Positions 14,691 to 28,359 are shown, counted from the stretch's first letter. The stretch: 64,000 nucleotides of DNA from Blasia pusilla (GCA_050084515.1 CM114271.1:40486001-40550000), one strand, 5' to 3'. Notes: generated from the letters alone by a model not told the origin. Numbers and translations: made by a program.

Positions 14691-15527
14691 CGGGGGGATT
14701 CACTTTTGTTGTTCAACTTTCCTTATTCGGGCTCGTTAACGAAGTCGTTCCGTGGATGGATGGGTAAGAGGCCAGTTTCGCGTGTGAAACATTTTTTAGT
14801 TTAGGTGACGTGCCTCATTAGGCACTTGAATAGTCACGAAATAACCATTTTTGTATGTGGGAGTGGTTTATTATGTTTTTAGTTAGGGTTCAATTTGTTT
14901 TTATTTTTTTTATTTTTTTTAACTATCTAGGTGGCGGCCGGGGATGAATGTAGCACTCACCCCCATCTAATGAATGTCCCAACTCAAATCTCTTCCAAAT
15001 CCCCTCTTGTTTGTTGTGACAACTTAGGTACTTATTATTATACGCAATTACTTTTTAGTCTATTTTAGCCTATAATTTGGCTTGAGCTAGATCGATGGTT
15101 CGCATTTAGGTTATGGCCGGGGTTAGCGATTCTAAATGATAACCTAAATCACTGCACTACCGATATGATTCGTTTGTTTGTTTTTTTACCGAATTAATTT
15201 TCATCAAAATAGTATGCAAACTTGGCTACTTTTCTTTCCCCTCATCTATGTCAGATTGTACATATGTAACTTACGTGTATCCTTATGTTCCCTTTCCATC
15301 TCATATCCATGGAAGGAATGGATTCGTACTCGTGATTGTTGCACTCAAATCCCGATCACTACTATTTGTCTTTTACAATACAATATGATGTCGTGAATGT
15401 TGTTGAGTCCTTTTTGGGTTTAGTTATTCAATTCATTTCTTCGTGGTATGCTTGATTGGTCAATGTTGCTTGCTCATTCACACTACCTTCCCTAAGCCCT
15501 CCTCGCTTCAACCAAGCTTTCACAACA

Positions 15528-15800
15528 CACCATCGTGCACATACAGATTTCTGGTTACATCTACCCAACATACAACACCAATACTCCCAACATACGGATA
15601 CATCCGAATACCCAAAAAATACACTCACGCATGTATACCAAGACCACGCTACCCGCCCCCTAACTGGGAGTTGGGTCCCTCTAATCCTAGATAGTAAACA
15701 TCACATCTACTAGACATGATTACTATCTTATACACATCGAGCATAAGATCTTTGCATAAAATTAGAGATGAATCCACATACATCAAAGATTGATACAAGG
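15528..15800 (-). mobile_element. Fragment of the putative DNMT-carrying retroelement family (internal 3' region plus LTR-end copy)
   Basis: Aligns by eye with 54320-54550 (gtgcacatac...ttgggtccc..taa.tcc.agatag) and with the reverse complement of 39700-39910. Confidence 0.75.
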
Positions 15801-15959
15801 TGGTGGAATACACCTTGGGTGATAGAAACATACCCAAATATGGAAGAAAGATGTCATTTCCATCTGGAACATGGAAACTGATCTTGATGAACGGGCGGAA
15901 CCATAAGACAAAGTTACACCTCTTTGGGATTTAGACCTTGGGAGATCAAGCTTTCCTCC

Positions 15960-16874
15960 TCCGACTCAAGATGGAAATGGAGACGATTTGGACCTCGTTG
16001 ATAATGAATTGTGGAACACGAGTGATACTAGTCCTACTTTATCTGGAGATGATGATATGCTAGATGATGGATTGAATAATATAGATGTTTTTGGGAATGA
16101 AGTTGGTCATGTTTTTTAGGAATTCATGTCTTTAGAACTTCATGGTAGACAGGAGAGAACCAACAAAGTAACTCCTATAATTACATTTGAGAGGAGTCAA
16201 ATATACAAGTCTACTCTTGTTAGTCTATTTGTAGGAAATCCTTCTCTTTCAAAAGATAGATTGAAAAGGGTCCAACATGTAGGGAAGGTGAGGGAATCTA
16301 TTCATTGGAATAGTTTCACGGAGACTAGAGATGATAAAAGTGAGAAGATTATTCTCGATATTGGATCTTATATTGTTGTTCTATTTGCATCACGTCCACT
16401 TCAACCATGCAGGTCCACTCGAGTATCATTGGTTGCAAACAAAGGAGAGGAAAAGGAAAAGGAAAAGGAAAAGGCAAGACATCAAGGCCTAGAGACATTA
16501 ACGAGGCAATTATTTTGAGTGGATGTGATCGCATAATTTGGATAGGAAGAGTTCTAGAAAATTAGGAGGAAATATGGAGCTAAGTTTGCTCGATCTAGAC
16601 ATGAAGTGGATTTGTTAGATAAACCTATCCCTGTGAATGAAAGTGGCCAATCTCTATGCCAAGTCATGAGTAATTGGTAAAGTGAGTAGGCAATTGCAAG
16701 AACAAGTTTAAATACAATGAGGAAGATATTAGATGGATTGATATCGAGATGATAGTGAGCTTGGTGACCATGCGAGCTACAAGCAGGGGTCTAGTCAAGA
16801 TATGGACTTTAGATAAGAATGATAGGAAGGCCCTTGATAAATTCTTAGAGGAGAACCATATCTTGAGGACATGA
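15960..16874 (+). pseudogene. C-terminal remnant of a putative DNA-transposon protein (possibly P-element/THAP9-like) resembling fern/bryophyte predicted proteins
   Basis: Acidic linker, then IYKSTLVSLFVGNPSLSKDRLKRV, WIGRVLEIRRKYG...VDLLDKP, KYNEEDIRWIDIEMIVSLVT; frameshifts and stops; family assignment from memory, unverified; no TIRs found. Confidence 0.5.
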
Positions 16875-19298
16875 TATCCACCTTGGTTCATTATTTGAAA
16901 ATTCTTCTTCTATTGTGATTCAATTTTCATACATGTGATCATGTTATGAATTCAGTCACATTAAATTGTTATATTTTATTCGTAATCTTGCTTGTAGGAA
17001 TTTATTTTTTATTACATAAGGTTTTTTTTTCAAGAAAGGGGCTGAAATATACAAAGGTCACTTCTAAAAAGGCCTTTAATATCATGTTGCATATGTAAGA
17101 AGGGGCTTTGAGATTAGGGGAAAAAAATATTTAGTTTAATAAGGTCTCGCATGCACATGATATAGAGTATATACATATAGTGAATTCCCCAAGAAAAAAT
17201 TGGATTGTCAAGTCAACCTTTGGCATGTATGCAACAAGTACGAAAGGCTCAATCTCATGCTTATACCTTGTATGAACATGAAACTAATACAATCCATACT
17301 CACCAACCATCGGTAGAGGCATCAAATCATCATGTGATTAATACCATTCCTACTTTAGCTTTATTGTCCTCTATTATTCTATTCACTACTTCTAACACAT
17401 CTACAATCCCTAAGAAATTACATGGACTTCACCAATATGACCCTAAATAATATTCAGAGTATACCAAAGCTGTATGCGCCATGGTTCATACAACCGAGTG
17501 AGAACTAGATAAGGTTCTACAACAATCTTAGGCTGGCTGCTTGGTTTCATGGGAGTGGAGTTACTAATCATCAAATTCAGGGGATAAAAAATTTGCTTGC
17601 ATAATAAGGATGCTCCTACCACTCGTACAATTCATTAACATGAACTATCTCTTGCACTCAATATCTTCTTGCAATGTACTAAAATTCAAGTATACTCTAT
17701 TTTTTAATCAATCTTTGGTTTCACTTGGTGAAATTTACGCATTGTATTTCATATGTCCAATAGGTATTCAAAAGAATCCACTACATCATAAGAAAGTAAT
17801 TTTTAGGAGACTAATCTTACACAATCACAAGCAAACATGTTTTTTCTATAGCTTCTAGAGGCATTAGATTGGACCATCTTCGCACCTTGCAACGTGAGTT
17901 TCAACTACCTTTTAATATGAAAATAGATCTCATCACCTCCAAGGCATCCCATCTCCTAACTAGAAGGAAAATTTTCAATTCTAAGGTCAAGTTACCCGAT
18001 TTCATCCCCACCTAGACTTGCTAATGATCCTCTTCATGCAGTCTCAATTTTTCTTGACTTTGACAATATAAAGATTAAGCCCAATTCATCAGATTCGCCC
18101 ATTGATCCCACTACATGTGAGCCTAATTCTCTAATAAGCTTACTAGGAAAGTGCAAGTATACTTGAGAATTACTTTTATGCATTACAATCTCTAGCCTTC
18201 AATCCTAATCGATATTTTACTTCTAACATTCTCTCTTATCAACAAGCATATGCTCACTTTGTTGTTTTCTCTTGCATATAATCTCTACCTCACAAGTGAC
18301 TAATGTTTGGAGCCCTTTTAAACTACATGATACTACCATTATAAATTTTGCTCCATGGATTGCATGGTATTATGTGTTAGCGTGCTTTTGGCCATTTTGT
18401 TCATTTTATCATATATAAAATTTTCTGCTATGTGCAAGTTTTCTACCATGCTTGTGTATCATGCATTTTACTTTTTTGTAAAGTTTTCTTCAGAATCTTG
18501 CATCACCAAATACTATGCATTTTAGTCACATTTCATCGTTTATATATGAGACATTTACTTTTTAATTATCATTGCTATATATCTACATACTATTTTATAT
18601 TACATGAGTTTGAAATGCCTTGGTTTAGTGCTCTATCCTTTTTGCAAATCATGCTCTTCAAACACTTATGATTCATCAACCCAATTTCTATATTAGCGTT
18701 TATATAATTTTAATGTAGGCAAATATACATATCTTTGGTACATCTCTTCACGTACATACAATTTTCACATTTGCAACACTTTTATTTTTTCTTTCATGTT
18801 CAACTTGTTGGGTGTACTCACAAGAGCTCATTTAAGATCATGTTGCAAAATATTTTTGCTTACTATGCAATAAGCATTGCTCTAAGTATTTAGATATATT
18901 CACTTGGCATTTTCTATTATGGAATCTTGCATTCAATTCTTATATATTTTTTTGAAAGATATATATCTTTGGTATGCCTACTACATGGTTTATTAATTAC
19001 ACCACAATTCATCAACTTTGTGATACTTGTAAAGTCTAATTTCTTATGCAACCCAATACTGGAAATTTTATACCACTATAACTTAACAAACTCATATATT
19101 GGTTTTTCCTATGTCTACGATATTATGCTCTTATATTCAAATCAACATACTCAAAACTCCAATTCAAGCTACAACCTTGCACCTTTAATTTATAAATGTA
19201 TAATCATTAGATTCATGTTTGTTATTGTATCGACCTTCATAACAAAACGCTAGCCAATGCAGAACATCAAAACTCAAATGGGCTTACAATAGAAAAGA

Positions 19299-20220
19299 TG
19301 TGCCGGAATCTCACAAATGAGATATGAGTTGAAGAAGCAAGACACGAGCCTCGAGGGGCATGTCAAATGATGAAGTTTGTGACCTAGCAGAACAAGATCA
19401 GATATCAAGCGGGATTTAAGGAGAGCTCGCGACCCACAAGAGTTAGTCACCAAGAGGACTACAACATGACTTGGGAACTTGACTAAACATTTAGGGTTTC
19501 TTGGTGTTTGAGGTAATAACTGCTATATTCAAGATGCATTCATGGTGAATAAGGTGACGTTGGAAATCTTGTGAGAAGAAAATTCCAATGCACCAAATAT
19601 CTAGACAAATGCATCAAGAGTGATCTAGAAACAATCCCAAGATATCAAGGTGGTAGTTGGGTTGAGGCCCACAAGGAGCCGCCTAACAGAACTTTCCTAA
19701 AGGTAGGGAGGGGTGGGTATCTCTAGAACTATGTATAAGGCGGAGGGTCTCAAAGAGTGTTTGGAACCTAAACCCCACATTGGAGAAGCATGGGGATGAA
19801 TCAAGGACACAGGATAGATTGAGAGATTGGCTTCAGTGTTGGACACCAAGCCAAGTCCATGTAGGCTAGTTATGGACACGAAACTTGGACCTTCACTTGT
19901 GAGTCAGATATTGAGTCCCAGTTAGAGACTTGTTTGAGGTCCATTGGGAAGTTGGGATTTCCAAGCATACTAGTACCGTTTTAGGTTTCTAGACTATGAA
20001 GGAATTCCGTCGTAAGTCTTGAAGGACTTGCTAGTGTTGGGGAGTGACGGGTTGGATCAATATTTGACCCGTCTATATTTTTTGAGCTTGAAGGATGGCC
20101 CGAGACCAAGACTTGGGAAATGCAAGGCTAGTTGACCCAAATTGTTGATAATGTGAGTGAGTTTATATTAGGTGCAGGTCTAAGGAGATTGTGACCTATT
20201 GGACACAAGCTTTCGCGACA
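19299..20220. mobile_element. Probable solo LTR
   Basis: GC-richer block starting TG and ending aagctttcgcgaCA (similar end aagctttcacaaCA at ~15514-15527); TATA-like tgtataagg at 19732; no TSD confirmed. Confidence 0.35.
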
Positions 20221-22163
20221 CATAGGAAGGACTTTCTAGGAGAGTAGACGCACAATCTTTATACAACAAGTACTGAAAATATCATCAATAATATTTCACG
20301 CACTCACATACCTTCAAAACCTCAACTACAACGTCATTGAGTCATTGGTACAATAAACATGGAGAAACACGATTCTAACCAGTTCCGTTAAGTTTTCTCA
20401 ATCACTAACGATTATTTTAATCACCTCCAAGCGCTTTTTACATAAAGATCCATTATAGAGTTCTCCGTATGAATACTATGGTATGGCCCCGTTTACTTTT
20501 GACCTAACACTTTTATAACTCCTCATTGATTGCACATTATCATTGTTATCAATCGTAGGCCCAAGGTTGTCGCATGATTATTAAACCATTTTACAAATCA
20601 TAATACTTTGCAATACATCTATCTTTTTCCATCAACTTTAAACTAGTTTACTCTACTTACCATTCCTTTATTAGAATATTTGCTTTTACTCTCTTTCCAT
20701 ACTACTTAACGTTGTAGTGGCTACACACTTGTTTGTTAATAAATAAAACTTTATGTATGTAATTTGAATTCTTCATTGCAAAAAGAAAACAAAAAAGATA
20801 TCACTGTAGGATCACACACACAACTAGTCCTTAATACGCATGGTAACATTATATAAAGGCTATTATAATTAAATGAAGTCCATTTGTAGTCATTTCATGA
20901 TCTAAACTTCTCAACTAGAAGTGAATTTGATTAAAGGTATAAGTTTCAAATCCATAGATGAACTTGTTGTCTATTTCATATCCCTTATGCCTTGTCTTCT
21001 TGCATTCAACCTTCGTAGATTTAAATTAGGTGAACTCACATAGAGATAGCATTGGATAATATTTTTTAGTTTATCGAGAAAGAAAGAATTGATCAAAGAT
21101 TAGATTGAACTAGTATGTTTTTGCAATTGAATAACTTTAAAGCTAGCCCATGTCAATTTTTTCATATAAGGACATTTAATATCCAAAAGTCAAAAGATGG
21201 GAAATTTGGAATAATTTGGGTTGAGACTATATAATTGAATATAGTTTTTTTAAGAAAAAAAGAATATCACTCCTTGGAAAAGCGTGACTACAAATTTTAG
21301 GACTCTCTAGATTCATGATAATCACAATATTTTGACTAAAATCACAACGAAATGATTAGAATCAAGCATTCCTTTATTTTCCATTCACTCTCAATAGATT
21401 GAGACTACTCATAAGTTCATAACACACTTTGAGGATCCTACTCTCTACATATGAATTTATTCACTTAGAGATCATGTATAATGTAAGAATCCCTTACTAT
21501 GTAGAACTAGATCTAGTATTTTGTGCCCAATAAACCTTTAAAACTAAGAAAATTATTTTCATCATACAGTTAAGCTTCCTAGAATTAGAACTAGTGGATT
21601 CTCTAGTTAAAATCTCGTTCAACTTGTTGGGTAAGTCTTGACATAAAAGGAAAATTTTGTAATGTAAACTCATGCTTTATTCTTGGACCACTCAGAGTAA
21701 CTTAGCATCCAACTCAAATTTGGAAAGCAAAAATAAATTGGAGTTATACTATACTCCCTTTCATCAACGTGTATGGTGCCATTTAAGCCAATTTATCGAT
21801 AGTTCATCTTATATATGTGCAAAGGTTTTTTTTATTATTGTAGATAAGAGAAGCTAGATATATAATTCTTAAAAAGAATGGTGGAAAACTATTTTGCTAC
21901 TAATTTTAAGACCAAAACGCACTTATATTTTGTACAACTTATAGAGTAACAAATGAAATTTCGACCTTAGTATTAAAATAAACGTTGGCATGATCTAGTA
22001 TTGACATTAACGCTTATCTTTGTAATAGTCATTAAATCCTTTGTAGTTTTTTTCTTTAATTCACTACAATATAAATAAATTGTTTTTAGAAAATCCCACT
22101 AGACTTGCAAAAAGCCCCATTATACAACCATTTTTTTAAAAAAAAAAATCCCTTAACAAGTTT

Positions 22164-22191
22164 GAACTTCCATTCCTAGGAATGGAAGTTC
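22164..22191. repeat. Perfect 28-bp palindrome GAACTTCCATTCCT-AGGAATGGAAGTTC
   Basis: Directly visible, no spacer, no mismatch. Confidence 0.95.
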
Positions 22192-22639
22192 TTCTAGACA
22201 TAGTACACATGATTCAAACTATGATATTTATGTTGTTGGGTGGTTTATCATTCTCATGCAACCAAACACTCATTTTTGTCACATATCACATAACCAAAAT
22301 ATTAACAAATACATATCAATCTTCTTATTATAAAATTGTTTAAAAATATTCATTCGAATAATTTGAAATTTTTTATTATTATTAGAGAGTGCCTTTTCAT
22401 TTCTAAATATTTCTCTCTTTCATTTTCAACAAATGAGATCGCTTTCTTTCAATAAAATAGAATCTATCAAAATGAATTAAAAATATTAAACATCAATATG
22501 GAAGAAAGCTTAAATAGTTGCAACATTCGGACTTACTCTAGTATAAAAGAATTACAACCCCTTACAAACAAGTACTACGTGTTTTTTTTTCCTCCATCGA
22601 ATCTATCCGCGTGTTCTACATAAGTATTTTATAAATATT

Positions 22640-23130
22640 TTTTCCCCAACCGTCGATAAGGGTAGTTTTCTCTTGTAAGCACGCGCCGCCCATAACGCCA
22701 CTTATCTTCGAGTGTTTATTCGAGATGCCCCGAGTTAGCGGGGACTCCACATGCTCCAAATGTGGGCATGGCTAAATTGAGCCCAGAGTGTAGGTCACGT
22801 CTTATCCAGAACTGTACGCAAGGAGCACGTTCTCGGTTGCGGCACACGCCGGGAAACGTACTGAGGCGCTCAGGCGTGGCGGGCGCGCAAGACGTGTTCC
22901 TCCTGTACCTGGAAGTTTGAATGGACAGCCGGCAAGACGCCTCCGTACTTTCCGAGAGAGTAGGAAAACGTTCAAGCGTGTACGAACGGTGGGAAGCGCT
23001 CCGGGGTACTATAGTGGGAGGACCGACGTACAGTGGAGGACTGTGCCCCTTGCGAGGGCGCGTTCGTCGGTGATCCGCTTATCAATGGAGGAGTCAAAAC
23101 CGCTACCGGCTATCTTTAAGTGCTGTTAAT
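22640..23130. other. Isolated CpG-rich island in AT-rich DNA, function unknown
   Basis: Abrupt rise in GC and CpG; no credible ORF; no recognised RNA gene. Confidence 0.6.
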
Positions 23131-24184
23131 TAACTTTTGTTAAATATATCTGAGTTATTGCGATTTTTCTATTATTTATTTAATACTTTCATCGGATCCC
23201 CAAAAATTCGAAATTTAATGTATACAATTTCTTTTTTCTTTCCCATTTTTTATGAGAACCTATTTATGAAATAATAACCAATTTACTGATCCATGAAATT
23301 ATCAAGGTAAATGATTGTAGACTTTTTTAATCATGATAAATTTTATGGGAGAATTTTTAGTTAAACTTTTAATAGGACTTTAATTTCATTCCTTTTAAAA
23401 TGCATGTGACTTCCAATTCAATGACCTCGATAACAGAAGTTTTTATTAAAGTTTCAAATGAAGAAATTAAATTATAAATAAAAGCAATGTAACAAATCAA
23501 AATGAAAATTTTCACACGTTATTTTTAAATTATTATAGATTTATGAATTGAAATAAATTTTAAAGTTCTTCATCTTGCCACGCCAAAGAAAAATCTTACG
23601 CAAGATAATTTGGGATTTCAGGAAAACCCCAAAAAGATATGATGAAATTTACCTTCCTTACTATCTAAGGGTTATAATATTATAAATTAGGAAATTAAAT
23701 CTGTTCAAAAATTAATTAATTATTCTTATTGAAGGTATGAGAGTCCTTCCACGAGTTGATTATATTCAATCACATACGAATGAAAAGAATCATAAAAAAA
23801 ATGTTGAAATTTTTATATTCCAAAGACTAAGACAACAGAAAAAGGAAAAAAAAAAGATAAAAATGATACTTTCTAATTAGAAATAATTCTCTTTTCAAAT
23901 GATTTCTCCAATAGACCACTTTAGAAGAAATATGCTTCCTTTTTTAAAGATTATGATCATGATCTAAAAAAATCTAAGATCTGATTGCTTACATTTAACT
24001 AAAATGAGATTTTGAAAAAAAAATTATTTGAAGGCCAAATGCCTATTAATAAGTACCTTGAACTTTCTTTACCCTTGGAAAAAAAAGTGCATTAATTTTG
24101 TAAAAAAATGGGAAGCCAAATGTGGATGTCGCTCGAGGTCTAAAGGAGAATAATCAAGTATCCACATGTAAGTAAGAAAAATAG

Positions 24185-24550
24185 TAAAATCCACTCTATT
24201 ATAAAAACAATCCCGAAAAGAGAACAAGAAAAGGCAACAACAACGCGAGGAGAGGCAAGAAACATAGAAAGGAATGCCAAAAAGAAGACATTGGCAACAA
24301 GCCAATACAAAAGCCAACTCAACAAGCTATGCAAATAATAGCTTGAAACAAATCTGACACGGAAGGTAGTGGTTGGTGAGAAGTGAACAAATGAAGAGAT
24401 GAGTGGCCAGCAAGTGGTCTAGCTTGACATATCAACGCCAATGCTTGTGCATGTTGTAATGACATTGTGATGCATTGACAAAAATAAGTGATGACAACAA
24501 AGAGATAAAGACTATGAGAAGGGATGAGTTGATGATTCTCGAGAGAATGG
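24185..24550 (+). repeat. Dispersed repeat D, copy 1
   Basis: Homologous by eye to 42930-43290 (aaggcaacaaca, ccaactcaac..ctatgcaa.taatag.ttgaaa, gactatgagaaggg). Confidence 0.7.
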
Positions 24551-24849
24551 TAAGAACATGTTTTTAGGACATTATCAAACGACACATGTAAGTGCCCAAA
24601 AACTTTCATTTTTCAAAGAAATAAATCCATCGATCACATGTCTCACTACATATATTAGCTAGTTGATTTTTTTTACCAGATTGGCCATAGAACCTTTAGT
24701 ATATGTAGGCTAATATACCAAATTGGAACATGCTTAATCACCACCACAACAACCAATAGATGAAGTCCACCTCGAGCTAGAGAAAAAACAACTCTTCCGT
24801 GAGCATGGTTACACAAAAAACGGACAAGTCTGTCCCAAGGAAGATCAAG

Positions 24850-25107
24850 TTTGCATATGTCCACAAACATTGATTGCAAAAAGTGGGGCCCATACTTATA
24901 GTTCATCGTGGTAAGGCAAGACAATGATGGATATGGCAATAAGGGGGAAGGGAGTGGACAGGGAAGGAGGAAGAAACGAGAAAGTGCGAATCATGAAGGA
25001 AAATGGAGGGGATGAGAAAGAAGAGGGAGATTGGATCCATATGGACAAGTCCTTCTCTAGGACGGACGTAAGTCCACGGACATGTACTTTGTCCATATGC
25101 AACCTTG
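24850..25107 (-). repeat. ~260-bp dispersed repeat R, copy 1 (inverted relative to copies 2-4)
   Basis: Reverse complement shares caaggttgcatatggacaaagt, gaaggacttgtccatatgg, atgaactataagt.tgggccc, ttgcaatc with other copies. Confidence 0.85.
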
Positions 25108-25202
25108 TATGTAAAAGGTCGTTCATGTGTAGAAGGTAGGATATATAATTGGTTTTGCCCAACAACATATCATGCAATGCAAGCCATTGACCAGACTAGC
25201 TC

Positions 25203-25467
25203 CAAGGTTACATGTGGACAAAGTATGTGTCTCCGAACATGTTAGTATTTGTGGACTTACATATGGAAGGACTTATCCATACAAGCCCTACCTTCCTCTT
25301 CTTTCTCATTCCCCTCACTTGACTTTGTGTTCCGTACTTTCTTGTTTCTTCTTCCCTCCCTCTCTTCTCCTCCCCTCTTCTTGCCCCACTCATCTTTGCC
25401 TTGCCTTCCATCATGAACTATAAAGTGTGGGGCCCACCTCTAGCAATCCACGTCCATGGACATGTCA
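25203..25467 (+). repeat. Dispersed repeat R, copy 2
   Basis: Same motif order; pyrimidine-rich centre. Confidence 0.85.
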
Positions 25468-25931
25468 ATCATGACTTCTTCTCTAATCACATCATGGATC
25501 ATCAGTCATTCTCCACCATGTACACATGAAAGAATGTGGATACCCTTTGCATTAATGGCCTCCGCTCATACACATTTAGGCACACCTAGAAGACAAGGAT
25601 GAAGAAGTCCAAAGCATAACCACAAAGCTTTCAAGAATATACCAAGGTTTCACTTGGAAAGTTTTAGTGTTTGCGGACTTATGCCCATCCTTAGGACAGA
25701 CATGTCCATGCGGGCTAGGATACCCACCGCCCGTATCAGAACCCGCTACGTCCTCGACATAAATCCGGGCTCGGTGGATCCTTATCTAGTCTAGCAACCC
25801 ACTACCCATTATTACCACCTGTTTCGAGCCTATACCGACCCACCTTGGTCCGTGTACCAAGAGGAAGAACAATTTGGGCAAAATTAGTTTTTTTTGGAAT
25901 AATGATTCCCAATATCTATATGCACCACATA

Positions 25932-26190
25932 CAAGGTTGCATGTAGAGAAAGTCCATGTCCTCATACATGTCCATATCCTTGGACTTGTGTTCATATTAT
26001 GGAAGGACTTGTCCATATGGGCCCCATCTCTTTCCCTTTCTTGTCCCTCCCCATTTGCCTCCGTATTCTGCACTTACTTGTTGCTCCTTCCCCCATGCTA
26101 CCCTGCCTATCCTCACCCTCCCTCCCACTATGAGCAAATACTGCGGGCTCCATCTCTTGCAATCCATGTTCATTTGTGTGCAACCATGGC
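25932..26190 (+). repeat. Dispersed repeat R, copy 3
   Basis: Same motif order. Confidence 0.85.
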
Positions 26191-26354
26191 CACATAATCC
26201 ATCAAGATATGTACCTCTTATTGGAAAAACCTCGAAGTTATAATTTGGGCAACCAAATCCCAATTTCCCCCAAAAATGATTATGTTACAAAAATGATTGT
26301 CGAGGAAAGCCCCACACATCCAAAAAATAGACAAGGTAGTTTTTCATGAAGCAA

Positions 26355-26679
26355 TGTTGTGCGCATACACATCGCTCCATAACATACATGGCTATCACCA
26401 AATACACACATGATCCCATACTAAATCTTGGTATCCAAACATCGAGACAATAAAGTACCAAAAAATCTCCAATCTAGATTCGGCCGCCTCATGCCAAGAG
26501 GTTCAACAAAGAGAGAATGAGCTCCAAAGCTCTCTCTCCTTGGATATATCCCCTTCCCTCTCCCAAGCTCTCTCCATAGTAATTTATGCTCGCAAGTCAC
26601 CTCCTTGGCTCTTCATCTACTGTAGGAGGTTAAGAACTAATTCCCAAAGTAGAAAGCAAACTATACTCAAAACAAAAAC
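26355..26679. mobile_element. LTR-like element, left part, interrupted by the Ty3/Gypsy insertion (continues 33973-34152)
   Basis: Starts tgttgtgcgcatacacatcgc and ends aagatgtgaca, like the termini of the 53720-56799 family; uninterrupted relative at ~52460-52790. Confidence 0.7.
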
Positions 26680-27676
26680 TATTGTGTGCCTACTCTCTTT
26701 GAACGTTAATCTTTGTTGTTGCGAAGCGTGCATTCAGTAGATCATGCCCTCGACGCTGATGTGCATCCAAACATGCACTCACGTTAGTCCGGTCTGGATC
26801 AATCAGCGGTTCTAACTTGCCAAGTCCTCGACTCGGCCTCTCATCAAGCTCAACCTTCCTAGTTTTGCGGTTTACAACACAGGCACGTCTCGAAAGACTT
26901 GGGACAGACTTTCTGGTCGGTTCAGGAATCTCAAACAGCGTTTCGCGCCTAGAAGTTCCAACTTTCTGATGGAAATCCAATGAGTCCCTAACCGAGACTC
27001 ACCAAAATGAATCAAGGGTTGAATCCAAGTGTGGCGTACAAAGTCCACTCCCTTGGATCAGGTTTGGGTTTTGAGTTCCAACGTCAAACTCCCGTTCAAT
27101 CTCGTGCCCTTGAGACACTATTTGGTGCTCAAAGTGGGGTTCATGTTCCAAGATATCTTGGAGAGACTCCCCCTTACTAGTACTTTTGGGGATTTCCAGG
27201 GTCCCCCTAACTTTAGGGAAAGACATCCAAGCCCCTCAAATTGGCCCTCAACTCGATTGCTCTCACACTTGTTTTTGGCCAATATCTCAACGTGTACTTA
27301 TTTGTTTGCTAATATCTTTAATGCCTTGGAAGCGTCTCAAGATAAGCTTTCCAATGCATCCTTATTTGTCTCAAAATCAAAGTCCAATTTCCCAAACGCT
27401 AGTCGTGTTCCAAAACTGGTTCTCACCTCTCCGGCAGCTAACCTTCCAAGACTCAACTCATCTCAAGTCTTGGTTTGTGTTTGGTCTAGGTTTCTTGGTT
27501 GCAATCACTAATGCACGAAATACACAACTCTATTCCCCATTTCATCTCTTGGACTTTTCCAAGAGACCTTCCAAAACCCTCTCCAAAGCGCGATCATCGC
27601 AGCGTGATTCCACCTGAGTTTTGATGTTCTGCTTGGCGCCTATTTGGTGTTCATTTGGTTTATGAGGGTCGCGACA
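26680..27676 (-). repeat. 3' LTR of the chromovirus
   Basis: Direct repeat of 32941-33972 with many substitutions and a ~30-bp indel; terminal TG mutated to TA. Confidence 0.92.
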
Positions 27677-28359
27677 CTCACCCCTCCTTAGAAGGTTGAT
27701 GTCCTCATCAAGGCAAACCTTTTTAATGTTAAGTTCTAGGAAGCCGACCCCTTAACAATGAATCATGTTTTGGTAGCTAACACGCAATTCCACTTTTGGC
27801 TTAAGTCTTAGGTTGTTGCTCGAAGCACTTATTTATTAGCTTCTTCACTTCAATTAGCCTAGACTAGTTTTCAGAACTAATCTAAACTATCAAAATAAGC
27901 TAACTAAGTCTGCAACCTAACACTTCACTCACTATTTGTAAACAACTGCATGTTTACCTAGCCAACTCGTACTACTTTTGGATCACTCATATTCTACCTA
28001 GGCGCATCACTAAGTTCACTCATGCAGCATGAATGAGATCACCATAAACCCAAGATAGACTAATCTGCCTCGCTGACGTTAGGGCGGGTCCAAATGTTAT
28101 TACTTCAACACGTGGTCATGATCTAGATGCCTTATCCAAATATAAGATCTCACCTCAAATACTCATTGTTTTGCCTCCTTGACTTACATCCTAAGCATAT
28201 GAAGAACTAGTCATTGCCATGCACTACCAAACTCAAAATCACAATCATTAGCATCGAATCTCCAAATCCATGCATTCTTTATTACAACAACTAAACTTTT
28301 ATAGTTACAATGAGTTATCGCCCCAAGCTTCCCGGTCACAAGTTATGTCCTTTGCTTCC

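Noticed and set aside
22720-22750. GGAGTCCCCG (minus) resembling RNase MRP/P CR-I
   Set aside because: No convincing CR-V partner and no USE/TATA promoter found
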